Below, piece after piece: positions 1 to 9,397 of a DNA stretch of 64,000 bases. Each line of letters starts with the position of its first letter. Position 1 is the first letter of the stretch. The stretch is from Clostridiales bacterium (GTDB lineage Bacteria > Bacillota > Clostridia > Oscillospirales > CAG-272): NCBI GenBank assembly GCA_003522145.1, contig DPGD01000048.1:3927-67926 (forward strand), in the 5' to 3' direction. The notes under the pieces are model-generated. The model was not told where the DNA came from, ran no database searches, and saw only the letters and a list, made by a program, of their open reading frames with translations. The translations under genes and the position numbers were made by a program.

Positions 1-1
1 T

Positions 2-100
2 GAAATGGACTCTATCAAGGCCTGCGGCAATTATCAGCTGACCGTGAAGGTTTATCCCGGTATTCAGGCAAAGCTGGCGTTGACGGTCGTTTCCAAATAA
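2..100 (+). CDS. rplI: 50S ribosomal protein L9, C-terminal end (gene begins upstream of window)
   Basis: Open frame from the window edge ending ...GNYQLTVKVYPGIQAKLALTVVSK*, which resembles an L9 C-terminus. The rplI-dnaB adjacency is canonical in Firmicutes. Confidence 0.55.
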   Translation, partial: EMDSIKACGNYQLTVKVYPGIQAKLALTVVSK

Positions 101-206
101 TCCTTTATGAGACCCGAATTTTTAAGAGTGCATTTTCCGGAGAAGTTTCAAACGGGGGAGTGAAAGAAGAGCTTTCGGAAAATCCCCCGGAGAAAGGAGC
201 GGCACT

Positions 207-1544
207 ATGCCGGATTTTGAGTTTGGGCAACAGAGAAAGCTGCCCTACAGCCTGGAAGCGGAGCAATCGGTGCTCGGCTCCATTATGATCGATCCGGAGA
301 GCTTTACAAGAATCGCCGGAAAGATCAATCATACCGATTTTTATCTGGAAGAACATCGGGATATTTATCTGGCCATGCAGAACCTGTTTCTCGAGAGCCG
401 GCAGATCGATCCGGTGACCCTGATCGACCGGTTGGTGGCAAGCGGTGTAAAGGATCGGGAGCGGACGGTTTCCTATGTGAAGGTCTTAGCGGAGGCGGTT
501 CCGACGGCGGCGAACATTCTGGACTATGCGGCCATTGTGCGGAACAAGAGCCTTTTGCGGCAGTTGATTGAAGTCAGCACCGAAATAGCGGACATGGCCT
601 TCGAGGAGCATGAGAATGCCAAGGATGTTTTAAGTGCGGCCGAATCCAAGATTTCCGCCCTTTCGGATGAGAATGTGGCGGGCGATTTTGTTCACATCCG
701 GGATGTGTTGCTCGAAACCTATTCCGAAATCGATGCCCGCGCCAAGAATAAGGGAAAGCTGGGCTGTTCCACCGGTTACGGAAAATTGGATGCGGTGCTT
801 GTGGGACTGGGCAAGGGGGATCTGGTTCTGGTGGGCGCCCGACCGGGTATGGGAAAAACCTCTTTTGCTCTGAATCTGGGAACCAATATTGCCCACAGCA
901 CAGGGAAAGCCGTATGCATTTTTTCCTTGGAAATGTCCAACACCCAGTTGGTTTCCAGAATGCTTTCCAGCGAAGCGCTGGTGGACAGCTACGCTCTGCG
1001 TTCAGGCAATCTGACTCCGGAACAGTGGAACAAACTGGCAGGCGCTTCTTCCTATCTGTCCTCCTGCGATATTTATATCGACGATACCCCCGGCATCAAT
1101 GTGACGGCAATGAAGGCAAAGCTGCGCAGGGTAAAGAATTTAGGAATGGTCGTGGTGGATTATCTGCAGTTGATGCAGTCTGATCGGAAGATCGACAATC
1201 GGGTGCAGGAAGTGGGCGATATTTCCAGAAATCTGAAACTGATGGCCAAGGAACTGGGCGTGCCGGTTATTTGCTGTGCCCAGCTGTCCAGAGGCCCCGA
1301 AAGCCGGAACGACAAGCGCCCCATGCTTTCGGATCTGCGGGATTCCGGCGCCATCGAGCAGGATGCAGACATTGTGCTCTTCCTGTACCGGGATGAATAC
1401 TACAATGCCCAGACCGAAGGAGTCAGTACGGCAGAGGTTCTCATTGCCAAAAACCGTCACGGCTCCACCGGAAATGTGAAGCTGGGTTGGTTCGGGCAGT
1501 ATACCAAATTTACAGACTTAGAAGACCATGCCGAGCCGGTGTAG
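207..1544 (+). CDS. dnaB: replicative DNA helicase DnaB
   Basis: 445 aa. N-terminus LPYSLEAEQSVLGS, Walker A GARPGMGKTSF, SLEMS, VVDYLQLM and IAKNRHG motifs. ATG preceded by GAAAGGAG. Confidence 0.95.
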   Translation: MPDFEFGQQRKLPYSLEAEQSVLGSIMIDPESFTRIAGKINHTDFYLEEHRDIYLAMQNLFLESRQIDPVTLIDRLVASGVKDRERTVSYVKVLAEAVPTAANILDYAAIVRNKSLLRQLIEVSTEIADMAFEEHENAKDVLSAAESKISALSDENVAGDFVHIRDVLLETYSEIDARAKNKGKLGCSTGYGKLDAVLVGLGKGDLVLVGARPGMGKTSFALNLGTNIAHSTGKAVCIFSLEMSNTQLVSRMLSSEALVDSYALRSGNLTPEQWNKLAGASSYLSSCDIYIDDTPGINVTAMKAKLRRVKNLGMVVVDYLQLMQSDRKIDNRVQEVGDISRNLKLMAKELGVPVICCAQLSRGPESRNDKRPMLSDLRDSGAIEQDADIVLFLYRDEYYNAQTEGVSTAEVLIAKNRHGSTGNVKLGWFGQYTKFTDLEDHAEPV

Positions 1545-1570
1545 CCTTTCGGGGGTACTTTTGGGGAGAT

Positions 1571-2935
1571 ATGAGTATTTTTGAATTGTTTGAGTCAAAA
1601 GTCCGGGAGCTTATCGGAACAGAGTCCCTGCCCAAGGTTTTGGTGGCCCTGTCCGGAGGAGCGGATTCAACGGCCATGCTCTTTCTTTTTCTGCGCTACA
1701 GGGAAAAATATCCAATGGACCTGTGCGCTCTTCATGTACACCATGGAATCCGGGGCTCGGAGGCGGATCGGGATTTAGACTTTTGCAGGGAGCTGTGCCA
1801 AAGGCAAAAGGTTTCCTTTCGGAGCGCCTTTGTGCAGGCTCCGGAATATGCGGCCAAAGAGAAAAAAAGTCTGGAGGAAGCGGCGAGAATTCTCCGATAC
1901 AGAGAGTTGGAGCGTGTGGCGGAGGAAGAACGGTGTACGCATATTGCCACCGCCCACAATGCCGATGACCAGTTGGAAACTCTGCTGTTCCGTCTGGTAC
2001 GGGGATGCGGCACCAAGGGAGCGGCCGGAATTCCCGAAAAAAGAGGACGGTTCCTTCGCCCGATGCTGTCCTTTACCAAAGAGGAGATCCTTGCCTTTTG
2101 TGAAGAGGAGAAGCTCCCTTTTGTTTTTGACAGCACGAATTCTTCGGAGGACTGTACAAGAAACCTTCTGCGGCTCCGGGTGGTGCCGGTTTTGCGGGAA
2201 ATCTGCCCGCAGGCGGCGGGAAACGCCCGGCGCTTTGCCGGAAATTGCAGAGAGGACGAGGAGTATCTTTCAAGCCTTGTGCCCGCACGAAAGGATCTTT
2301 CTGCCAAGGAATTGAGGGACTTGCCCTCACCCCTTCTGAAGCGTTGGATTTCCTCGGCTTTTTCGGCTTACGGAACCCTGGAAAGCGTGCATCTGGAGGC
2401 TCTTGTCCGTTTGGTTCGGGAAGAGCTTTACGGAAAAAGTCTGTCTTTACCGCAGGGCGTACGGGGCGTGCTTGACCGGGCAGGACTGCATTTCTCCAGA
2501 GAGCTTCCGGAAGAGTACCTTTTTTCCCTGAAGGAAGGAGAAAATCCCCTTCCGGGACAGAACCGTTCGGTTTATCTGTTGAATAAGGAAAGATTAGGTG
2601 AATTTTTGACGAAAACAGAAAAAGTTCACAATTTGTTTATGCAAGTAGCGGTCAACTCTGCTACAATAAACGGGAGTTTAACCGTGCGCACGAAAAAACC
2701 GGGAGACAGGGTTTTTTACGGCGGAATGCATCGTCTTGTCAAGAAGCTGGTGGCAGAGATCTGCCCCGTTTCCGAAGAACGAAAAGGATACCCGGTGATC
2801 TGCGATGACCTGGGTGTGCTTTGGGTGCCGGGCTTCCCTGCAAGAGAAGGAACTGCGGCAAAGGAAGAAGAGGACTTGGAAATCCAATACATTTTATTGG
2901 GAGAAAAAGGATATGCACTTTCGCAATTTGAATGA
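1571..2935 (+). CDS. tilS: tRNA(Ile)-lysidine synthetase
   Basis: PP-loop motif VALSGGADSTAM. Internal ATG at 1571 (MSIFELF) chosen over the longer ORF start, which overlaps dnaB. Conserved tilS-hpt-ftsH order. Confidence 0.9.
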   Translation: MSIFELFESKVRELIGTESLPKVLVALSGGADSTAMLFLFLRYREKYPMDLCALHVHHGIRGSEADRDLDFCRELCQRQKVSFRSAFVQAPEYAAKEKKSLEEAARILRYRELERVAEEERCTHIATAHNADDQLETLLFRLVRGCGTKGAAGIPEKRGRFLRPMLSFTKEEILAFCEEEKLPFVFDSTNSSEDCTRNLLRLRVVPVLREICPQAAGNARRFAGNCREDEEYLSSLVPARKDLSAKELRDLPSPLLKRWISSAFSAYGTLESVHLEALVRLVREELYGKSLSLPQGVRGVLDRAGLHFSRELPEEYLFSLKEGENPLPGQNRSVYLLNKERLGEFLTKTEKVHNLFMQVAVNSATINGSLTVRTKKPGDRVFYGGMHRLVKKLVAEICPVSEERKGYPVICDDLGVLWVPGFPAREGTAAKEEEDLEIQYILLGEKGYALSQFE

Positions 2936-3473
2936 GGACATTGACCATGTATTGGTTACGGAGAAACAGTTGGAGGAAACGGTTACCCGCATTGCCGGAG
3001 AGATCGACCGGGACCAGAGAGAGCGGGATTCGGACCTGTTGCTCCTGGGCATTCTCAAGGGAAGCGTGGTGTTCATGGGGGATCTGATGAAAAAGATCAG
3101 AACTCCGATGGAGATTGATTTTATGAAGGTTTCCTCTTACGGCGGTTCCACGGTTTCTTCAGGAGATTTGAAGATCGCTCTGGATTTTCAAAGAGAGAAT
3201 ATAGAGAATCTGGACATTGTGGTGGTGGAGGACATCATTGACAGCGGGAACACTTTAAGCCGTCTGGTGGAGTACTTAAAAGAGAAGGGGGCGAGGAGCG
3301 TGCGCACCTGCACGCTGCTGGATAAGCCCGAGCGGCGGCAGGTAGAGTTCACCCCCGATTATGTGGGCATTGAGGTTCCGGATGAATTTGTTGTGGGCTA
3401 CGGCTTGGACTACAACGAAAAATACAGAGAGCTTCCCTATGTGGGCGTTCTGAAGGAAGAAATTTATAAATAG
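2913..3473 (+). CDS. hpt: hypoxanthine phosphoribosyltransferase
   Basis: PRPP-binding motif VVVEDIIDSGNTL and C-terminal YRELPYVGVL. Start at internal ATG 2913 (MHFRNLNEDIDHVL). Confidence 0.92.
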   Translation: MHFRNLNEDIDHVLVTEKQLEETVTRIAGEIDRDQRERDSDLLLLGILKGSVVFMGDLMKKIRTPMEIDFMKVSSYGGSTVSSGDLKIALDFQRENIENLDIVVVEDIIDSGNTLSRLVEYLKEKGARSVRTCTLLDKPERRQVEFTPDYVGIEVPDEFVVGYGLDYNEKYRELPYVGVLKEEIYK

Positions 3474-3549
3474 CCGAAAGGCTCAGAGGGCATAATCACC
3501 CTTTTGGAAGCAATACTATTAAGAAGGCGAAAAGCTTGCCGGAGGTACT

Positions 3550-5685
3550 ATGAAACAAAATCTCAAAGGAATCCTGTTTTATGCAGTTTTCATCATCGCC
3601 ACCGTCGGAATTATCCTTTTTGTGATGAATTCCATGGAGGGAGAGTCCCTTGTCACCAGTGATCTGGTTGAGATGGTGAGAAACGGCAAAATCGTTGAGT
3701 ATGAGAGAGATGCCTACAACGACACCATGACCGTTCTGACCGAGAAGGGCGAGAAGATCAAATTTACGGCCATTGATGAAAATACCTTCAGGGACATCAT
3801 TATGCCGGCCTTTAAACAAGCGGAGGAAGAAGGAAAAAGAAACTTTTCGGACATCAAATTTAACAACAAAGAGTTGAAGACGATGCCTGTTTGGGTCAGC
3901 TTTTTGCCCTATATCATCCTGCTGATTGCCGTGATCGCCGTATTTGTCTTTGCCAGAAGACAAACCAACGGAAAGGACGGTGTCAGGGGCTTTGGAAAAG
4001 CCAGAGCCAAATTGGGCAGTGAAGAGAAGAATAAGGTGTATTTTAAGGATGTGGCCGGTTGCGATGAGGAAAAAGAGGAGCTTACCGAAATTGTGGAGTT
4101 TCTGCGGGATCCTGCCAAATTTGCCCGGTTGGGAGCCAAAATTCCCCACGGTGTGTTGCTTGTAGGCCCTCCCGGGACCGGTAAAACACTTTTGGCAAAG
4201 GCGGTGGCAGGAGAAGCAGGGGTGCCGTTTTTCTCCATTTCGGGCTCCGATTTTGTGGAGATGTATGTGGGTGTGGGCGCCTCCCGTGTGAGAGACCTGT
4301 TTGAAAATGCAAGAAAATATCCTGCCAGCATTATTTTCATCGATGAAATCGACGCTGTGGGCAGACACCGCGGTGCCGGCTTAGGCGGCGGACACGATGA
4401 GCGGGAACAGACTCTGAACCAGCTGTTGGTGGAAATGGACGGCTTTGGCGGAAACAGCGGGGTCATTGTGATGGCTGCTACCAACCGTCCCGACATTCTG
4501 GATCCGGCGTTGTTGCGTCCGGGACGCTTCGACCGGCAGGTAACGGTCAACTATCCCAACCAGAAGGGAAGAGAAGAGATTCTCAAGGTTCATTCCAGAA
4601 ATAAGCCTTTGGAAAAAGCGGTGGATCTGATGCGGATCGCCCAGATGACGGCGGGCTTTACCGGTGCGGACCTTGCCAATGTTCTGAATGAAGCGGCGCT
4701 GCTGGCGGCCAGAAAGGGCAAGAATCTGATCGGCATGAACGATGTGGAGGAAGCCGTGCTGAAGGTCATGGTGGGTACTTCCAAGAAGTCCATGAAGATG
4801 AGCGAGCGGGAGAAGAGAAACACCGCGTTCCACGAAGCAGGACATGCGCTGATGGATTACTACCTGGAAACGCAGGATCCGGTTCGCCGCATTTCCATCA
4901 TTCCCAGCAGCAAGGGGGCGCTGGGGTATACCCTTTCTCATCCGGATGAGGATAAGTACAGTGTATACAAGACCGAGTTGAAGGAACAGATTGCCTCGCT
5001 CTTAGGCGGCCGGGTTGCCGAAGAACTGACCATGAAGGGCGATTTCTCCGGCGGAGCCTCCAACGATATTCAAAGAGCCACGGCGATCGCCCGGAATATG
5101 GTTACCCGTTATGGTATGAGCGAGCTTGGCCCGATTCTTTACGGTTCGGAGCACGGAAACGACGAGGTATTCCTTGGCAGAGACTTCTCTGCAGAAAAGA
5201 CCTATTCTGAAGAGACGGCAGCCAAGATCGATCTTGAGATCAAAAAGATCATCGATGAGGCGCATGCCTTGGCCACCTCTATTCTGACCGAGCATTTCGA
5301 CAAGCTGCAGTTTGTGGCGGATTTCCTGGCCAAATACGAGGAAATGGATGACGAACAGTTCAGGAAGGCGATGGAAGAGGAGAATCCCACCCTGGAGAGC
5401 ATTTATGCTCTTGCCGAAGAGCGCCGCAGAATCAGCGAGAAGGAAAACGAAGAGAAAGCCCGGATTGACGAAGAGGAACGCAAAAAGCGGGAAGAAGAGC
5501 TGATGCAGGATGCCGACTATCGGGAAGGTATGCGGGATGTAAACGCCGAAGGCGAGCATTCAGACGAAACAGGGGACAACAACGGCAACGAGGGCAACGA
5601 CGGCAACGATGGGGATAACGACAACGACGGGAACGGCGGCAATGACAGCAACAAGGATGACTACAACGGTTGGTATAGGCCCTGA
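3550..5685 (+). CDS. ftsH: ATP-dependent zinc metalloprotease FtsH
   Basis: Walker [19 protein letters not shown], Walker [12 protein letters not shown] region, zinc site HEAGHAL. GGAGG RBS. Carries a long charged and D/N/G-rich C-terminal tail. Confidence 0.95.
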   Translation: MKQNLKGILFYAVFIIATVGIILFVMNSMEGESLVTSDLVEMVRNGKIVEYERDAYNDTMTVLTEKGEKIKFTAIDENTFRDIIMPAFKQAEEEGKRNFSDIKFNNKELKTMPVWVSFLPYIILLIAVIAVFVFARRQTNGKDGVRGFGKARAKLGSEEKNKVYFKDVAGCDEEKEELTEIVEFLRDPAKFARLGAKIPHGVLLVGPPGTGKTLLAKAVAGEAGVPFFSISGSDFVEMYVGVGASRVRDLFENARKYPASIIFIDEIDAVGRHRGAGLGGGHDEREQTLNQLLVEMDGFGGNSGVIVMAATNRPDILDPALLRPGRFDRQVTVNYPNQKGREEILKVHSRNKPLEKAVDLMRIAQMTAGFTGADLANVLNEAALLAARKGKNLIGMNDVEEAVLKVMVGTSKKSMKMSEREKRNTAFHEAGHALMDYYLETQDPVRRISIIPSSKGALGYTLSHPDEDKYSVYKTELKEQIASLLGGRVAEELTMKGDFSGGASNDIQRATAIARNMVTRYGMSELGPILYGSEHGNDEVFLGRDFSAEKTYSEETAAKIDLEIKKIIDEAHALATSILTEHFDKLQFVADFLAKYEEMDDEQFRKAMEEENPTLESIYALAEERRRISEKENEEKARIDEEERKKREEELMQDADYREGMRDVNAEGEHSDETGDNNGNEGNDGNDGDNDNDGNGGNDSNKDDYNGWYRP

Positions 5686-5704
5686 GATTCTGTGAAACGA
5701 AAAA

Positions 5705-5740
5705 GGAACGGCCGCAAAGAACTGCGGCGGTTCCTTTTTT
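5705..5740 (+). terminator. rho-independent terminator after ftsH
   Basis: GGAACGGCCGC..GCGGCGGTTCC stem with one mismatch, followed by TTTTTT. Confidence 0.7.
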
Positions 5741-5859
5741 GCAGGCTGTCGGAGAAACAACTTTGTGCCATCTTGGAAAACAGTTTTGAATCTGCTTTTT
5801 GAAAAAAGTTTTTTGTAAAAGAGGAGGGAGCCTTCGCTGAAATTATTCAGACAAAGTTC

Positions 5860-5887
5860 TTGCAAAAAAAGGAAAGGCGTGTATAAT
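5860..5887 (+). promoter_or_regulatory. sigma-A type promoter
   Basis: TTGCAA, 16 nt spacer, TATAAT, located upstream of the GTG start at 5921. Confidence 0.45.
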
Positions 5888-5920
5888 GAAAGTGAGAATG
5901 ATTCAGAAGGAGGAAGAAAG

Positions 5921-6448
5921 GTGAAAGAATTCAGAGAATTGTCCCCGGAGGATAAGGTCTTGGAGCCGATCCGGATGATCGGTAAAGAATGGATGCTGAT
6001 AGGGGCCAAGAAACCCACGGGCGAGATGAATGCCATGACGGCGTCTTGGGGAGGAATCGGGGTGCTGTTCCACAAACCGGTGGTCTTTTGCTTTGTCCGC
6101 CCTCAGCGGTATACTGACGAATTTTTGCAGGCAAGTGGCTATGCCACCTGTTCTTTTTTGCCGGAAAGCTACCGCCCGGCCTTGACCGTGATGGGAAGGA
6201 CCAGCGGCAGGGAGGGGGACAAATTCAAAAAAGCCGGACTGACACCGATACCCTTGGAGGAAAGCATGACGGTGGAAGAAGCAAAGACCGTGCTGTATCT
6301 GAAAAAGCTGTATACCGATCGGCTCTGCCGCAAAGGCTTTGAGGAAGAAAAGCTGTACAAGGAGATCTACCCCCAGGACGATCTTCATCATGTATACATT
6401 TATGAAATTCTGAAGGTTTACGAAGGCGGGGAGGAAAAGCTTGTTTGA
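5921..6448 (+). CDS. flavin reductase-like (FMN-binding split-barrel) family protein
   Basis: GTG start 6-7 nt after GGAGGAAGAAAG. The segment NAMTASWGGIGVLFHKPVVFCFVRPQRYT is typical of the flavin-reductase-like domain. Confidence 0.65.
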   Translation: MKEFRELSPEDKVLEPIRMIGKEWMLIGAKKPTGEMNAMTASWGGIGVLFHKPVVFCFVRPQRYTDEFLQASGYATCSFLPESYRPALTVMGRTSGREGDKFKKAGLTPIPLEESMTVEEAKTVLYLKKLYTDRLCRKGFEEEKLYKEIYPQDDLHHVYIYEILKVYEGGEEKLV

Positions 6449-7214
6449 AAAAAAGACAAGGAACGGTGTGCCCTTTTTCACTTCCACGATCCTGCCGATT
6501 CCTCATGCATTTTCTACCCGTCTGGGCGGGGTGAGCAGTCTCCCCCATTTGCAAAGCATGAATCTGGGAGAGAACCGGGGAGACGAGCCGCAAAATGTAC
6601 AGAAAAATTTTGATTTGCTCTGCCAAGCCTCCGGATTGCCCCGAAAAGTGGTATCGGGGCTGCAGATCCATTCCGAAAAGCTCCTGTATGCCGAAGATTC
6701 TTTTGAAGAAAAGCCCTCCTGCGACGGTTTCTATACAGACCGGCAGGGTCTTTCCCTTTGCGTGAAGGTGGCGGATTGTCTGCCGGTGCTGCTCTATGAG
6801 CCGGAGGCGAACTGTATTGCCGCCCTGCACGCCGGCTGGCGAGGGAGCGCCCGGAATATTGTGGGCGAAGGGGTGAAGGCTCTTTTGTCACTGGGTGCCC
6901 GGAAAGAAAAGATTCTTGCGGCAGTGGGTGCGGGAATCAGCGCCTGCTGTTTCGCCGTCAGGCAGGACTTTGTAGATGAATACTGCGCCCTTGTGGGGGG
7001 AGAATTGTCAAAAAGAACCCTGATTTCCAAGGAAGGGCAGATGCACGCCGATTTGAAGGAACTGAATCGGTTGCTTTTGTTGCAGGCGGGCGTGACCGAG
7101 GAGCATCTGGATGTGTGTCCCCTTTGCACCTGCTGTCAACCAGACCTGTTTTTTTCTCACCGGGCTTCCGGCGGACTGCGGGGGACAATGGCGGCCTTGA
7201 TCGCTTTGCCGTGA
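6441..7214 (+). CDS. pgeF: YfiH/PgeF family (DUF152) purine nucleoside phosphorylase / peptidoglycan editing factor
   Basis: TTG start after GGGGAGG. Motifs ADCLPVLL, HAGWRG and CTCC..LFFSHR. Confidence 0.82.
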   Translation: MFEKKTRNGVPFFTSTILPIPHAFSTRLGGVSSLPHLQSMNLGENRGDEPQNVQKNFDLLCQASGLPRKVVSGLQIHSEKLLYAEDSFEEKPSCDGFYTDRQGLSLCVKVADCLPVLLYEPEANCIAALHAGWRGSARNIVGEGVKALLSLGARKEKILAAVGAGISACCFAVRQDFVDEYCALVGGELSKRTLISKEGQMHADLKELNRLLLLQAGVTEEHLDVCPLCTCCQPDLFFSHRASGGLRGTMAALIALP

Positions 7215-7223
7215 GAATGAAAA

Positions 7224-7289
7224 GGGGATGTAAAGAAACGGGTTTTTAACAGCCCGGGCAAAAATGTCGGTCTTGCTCCCGGCATTTTT
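7224..7289. repeat. degenerate copy of hairpin-repeat modules X and Y
   Basis: GGGGATGTAAAGAAACGGGTTTTTAACAGCCC followed by CAAAAATGTCGGTCTTGCTCCCGGCATTTTT. Compare the copies at 22886, 47028 and 62908. Confidence 0.6.
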
Positions 7290-7337
7290 CTCAAAGTGGC
7301 ACATATATATAGGACAGAGTGTTTTCGGGGGTGTGCC

Positions 7338-7850
7338 ATGAAGGTAAGATTTATTCGTTTTTTTCTGTTTCTGTTCTGTACGGTTTTGTTGCTGTCTTCC
7401 TGCGCAGGAGTCAAAGAGCCGGAGCCTTTGTGCTGGCAGAAGTATCCCTTAGAGCGACAGATCGTTCTGGAAAATGACGGAGGAGAATACTCCCTGTTGC
7501 TCAAATTGGAGGAGCCGGGGAAAGGCACGCTGGTTTTCAGAGCGCCGGAGGCCTTGCAGGACATTTGCTTTGAGGTTACGCCCGAAGAATGCCGGGTGTC
7601 TTACGATGGGCTGTCGGTGCATCTTGAGAAGGAATTCCTTCCCGAAAAAGGCAGGCTGATTTATGCATTTTCTCTGCCATCCGACAGCGTGTTCCTGCGA
7701 AACAAAAAAAGCGAAGAGAATTCCGTGAATTATCTCTTCACTTTTGTGGAGGAACATAGCAATTACATATTCAAGGTGAATGCCGAGGGAGAGCTTTTGC
7801 AGCTGATCTGCGAAGGGGAAGACCCCTTCGTTTGCACCTTTACAGAATGA
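7338..7850 (+). CDS. hypothetical lipoprotein
   Basis: Signal peptide with lipobox, MKVRFIRFFLFLFCTVLLLSSCAG. No recognisable family. Confidence 0.6.
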   Translation: MKVRFIRFFLFLFCTVLLLSSCAGVKEPEPLCWQKYPLERQIVLENDGGEYSLLLKLEEPGKGTLVFRAPEALQDICFEVTPEECRVSYDGLSVHLEKEFLPEKGRLIYAFSLPSDSVFLRNKKSEENSVNYLFTFVEEHSNYIFKVNAEGELLQLICEGEDPFVCTFTE

Positions 7851-7889
7851 ATTTTCAGAGCGCCGGGAAGCGTTTTCAGAGAATGCCGG

Positions 7890-8651
7890 TCATTTTTTCT
7901 GTTGTTTGCACCAAATGCGCATAACCAGAGGGTGCGGAAGAATTTTTGAAAAAAAGACCTGCAACCGTATGGAGGCGCCGCAAACCGAAACATCCTTTCC
8001 TTTTTTCATATCCCGCAAGGCCCGGCGGATGATTTCCTCCGGAGAAAAAAAGCGGTTGAAATAGGTCAGGGTGTTTTCTTTTTGCGCGCGGGAAAAGAAT
8101 TCGGTTTTCACCCAGCCCGGACAGACCGCAAGAACCCGGATATTCCGCTTTTGCTTTTGCAATTCCAGATTCAGGGCTCTTGAAAAGGAAAGGACATAGG
8201 CCTTGGTGGCGGCATAGACGCCCAGGTAGGGTACCGGTTGAAAGGCGGAAAGAGAACCAAGCTCGTAAATCTCTCCGTTGTTGGCCATGTAGGGCAAGGC
8301 CATATAGGTCAAAGCGGTCAGGGCCTTGATATTCAGCTCCACCATTTCCAATTGTCCTTCTAAGTCCCGTTCGGTAAAAGCGCCGAACAGACCAAAGCCC
8401 GAAGCATTGACCAAGGTCAAAATCTCCGGGCGTTCTGTAGAAAAAAGAGTATGAAGGGTATGAAAACTTTCCGGTTTTGTCAGATCCAAGGGCAGAGGAC
8501 GGATTCTGGTCTGACAGCAAGAACCAAGCTCTTCCAATCGCTCCTTCCGGCGGGCTAAGACCCACAGTTCGTCATAACCCCGTTGATCCAAAGTGCGGGC
8601 AAACTCTCTGCCAATGCCGGAGGATGCTCCGGTAATCAGTGCGATTTTCAT
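7890..8651 (-). CDS. SDR family oxidoreductase
   Basis: N-terminal ITGASSGIGREFA Rossmann motif and YAATKAY catalytic motif. AAGGAG RBS. Confidence 0.85.
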   Translation of the reverse strand: MKIALITGASSGIGREFARTLDQRGYDELWVLARRKERLEELGSCCQTRIRPLPLDLTKPESFHTLHTLFSTERPEILTLVNASGFGLFGAFTERDLEGQLEMVELNIKALTALTYMALPYMANNGEIYELGSLSAFQPVPYLGVYAATKAYVLSFSRALNLELQKQKRNIRVLAVCPGWVKTEFFSRAQKENTLTYFNRFFSPEEIIRRALRDMKKGKDVSVCGASIRLQVFFSKILPHPLVMRIWCKQQKK

Positions 8652-8689
8652 GGGAAACTCCTTTTATGGATTTTAAAATTCGGATCCCC

Positions 8690-9373
8690 TTACTGTTTTT
8701 CTGCCCATTCCAGAAGTCCGTTCAGCCCGGATTTGTCTCCGGCAAGGAAGAGTACATCGCCCTTCCGGAAGGCATAGGCAGGACCGACATTTCTCAAAAC
8801 CTCTGCATGGTTTTCAATGGCAATGATATTGACACCGAACTGCTTACGCAGATTGGCCTCCAGCACTGTTTTTCCGACCAGACTTTCGGGAACCAGCATT
8901 TTGGAAATATTGACTTTTTCACTCAATTGGACATAGTCCAGTATTTTAGAGGTTTCCAGACGGTGAGCCAAGCGTATGGCAATATCCCGTTCGGGATAGA
9001 CGACCTCTGCACCCAGCTTCTCTAAGATTTCTCCGTGTTCGGCACTGGCGGCCTCGGCAATGACCTTCGGCACACCCAAACTGACCAGATTCAGCACGGT
9101 CAGAATGGAGGTATCCATGTGGTCACTCAGACACACGGCTACCACATCGCAGTTCTGAATACCGGTTTCGGCAAGAGTTTTTTTGTCATAGCCCTTGACC
9201 ACATAGGCATACTCTGTGTGATCCCTTGCGGCTCTTACGGAGTCCTCATCGGTGTCCATCACCAGCACATCGGTGTCGGCAGAGGAAAAAAGCTCATTGG
9301 CCAAGGCACTGCCGAACCGGCCCAAACCGACGATCCCGAATATATTCTGCTCATTCTTCTTCTTTTTAAACAT
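8690..9373 (-). CDS. ktrA: K+ uptake system regulatory subunit KtrA/TrkA (RCK domain)
   Basis: GIVGLGRFGSALA NAD-binding fold plus a TrkA-C like C-terminus. Lies directly downstream of the TrkH/KtrB membrane subunit. Confidence 0.87.
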   Translation of the reverse strand: MFKKKKNEQNIFGIVGLGRFGSALANELFSSADTDVLVMDTDEDSVRAARDHTEYAYVVKGYDKKTLAETGIQNCDVVAVCLSDHMDTSILTVLNLVSLGVPKVIAEAASAEHGEILEKLGAEVVYPERDIAIRLAHRLETSKILDYVQLSEKVNISKMLVPESLVGKTVLEANLRKQFGVNIIAIENHAEVLRNVGPAYAFRKGDVLFLAGDKSGLNGLLEWAEKQ

Positions 9374-9397
9374 TAGAGAGATTCCTTTCGTTTGTTT

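Noticed and set aside
101-206. oriC / DnaA-box cluster near dnaB
   Set aside because: No TTATCCACA-like boxes are present here or clustered anywhere in the window. dnaB with rplI is not an origin marker by itself.
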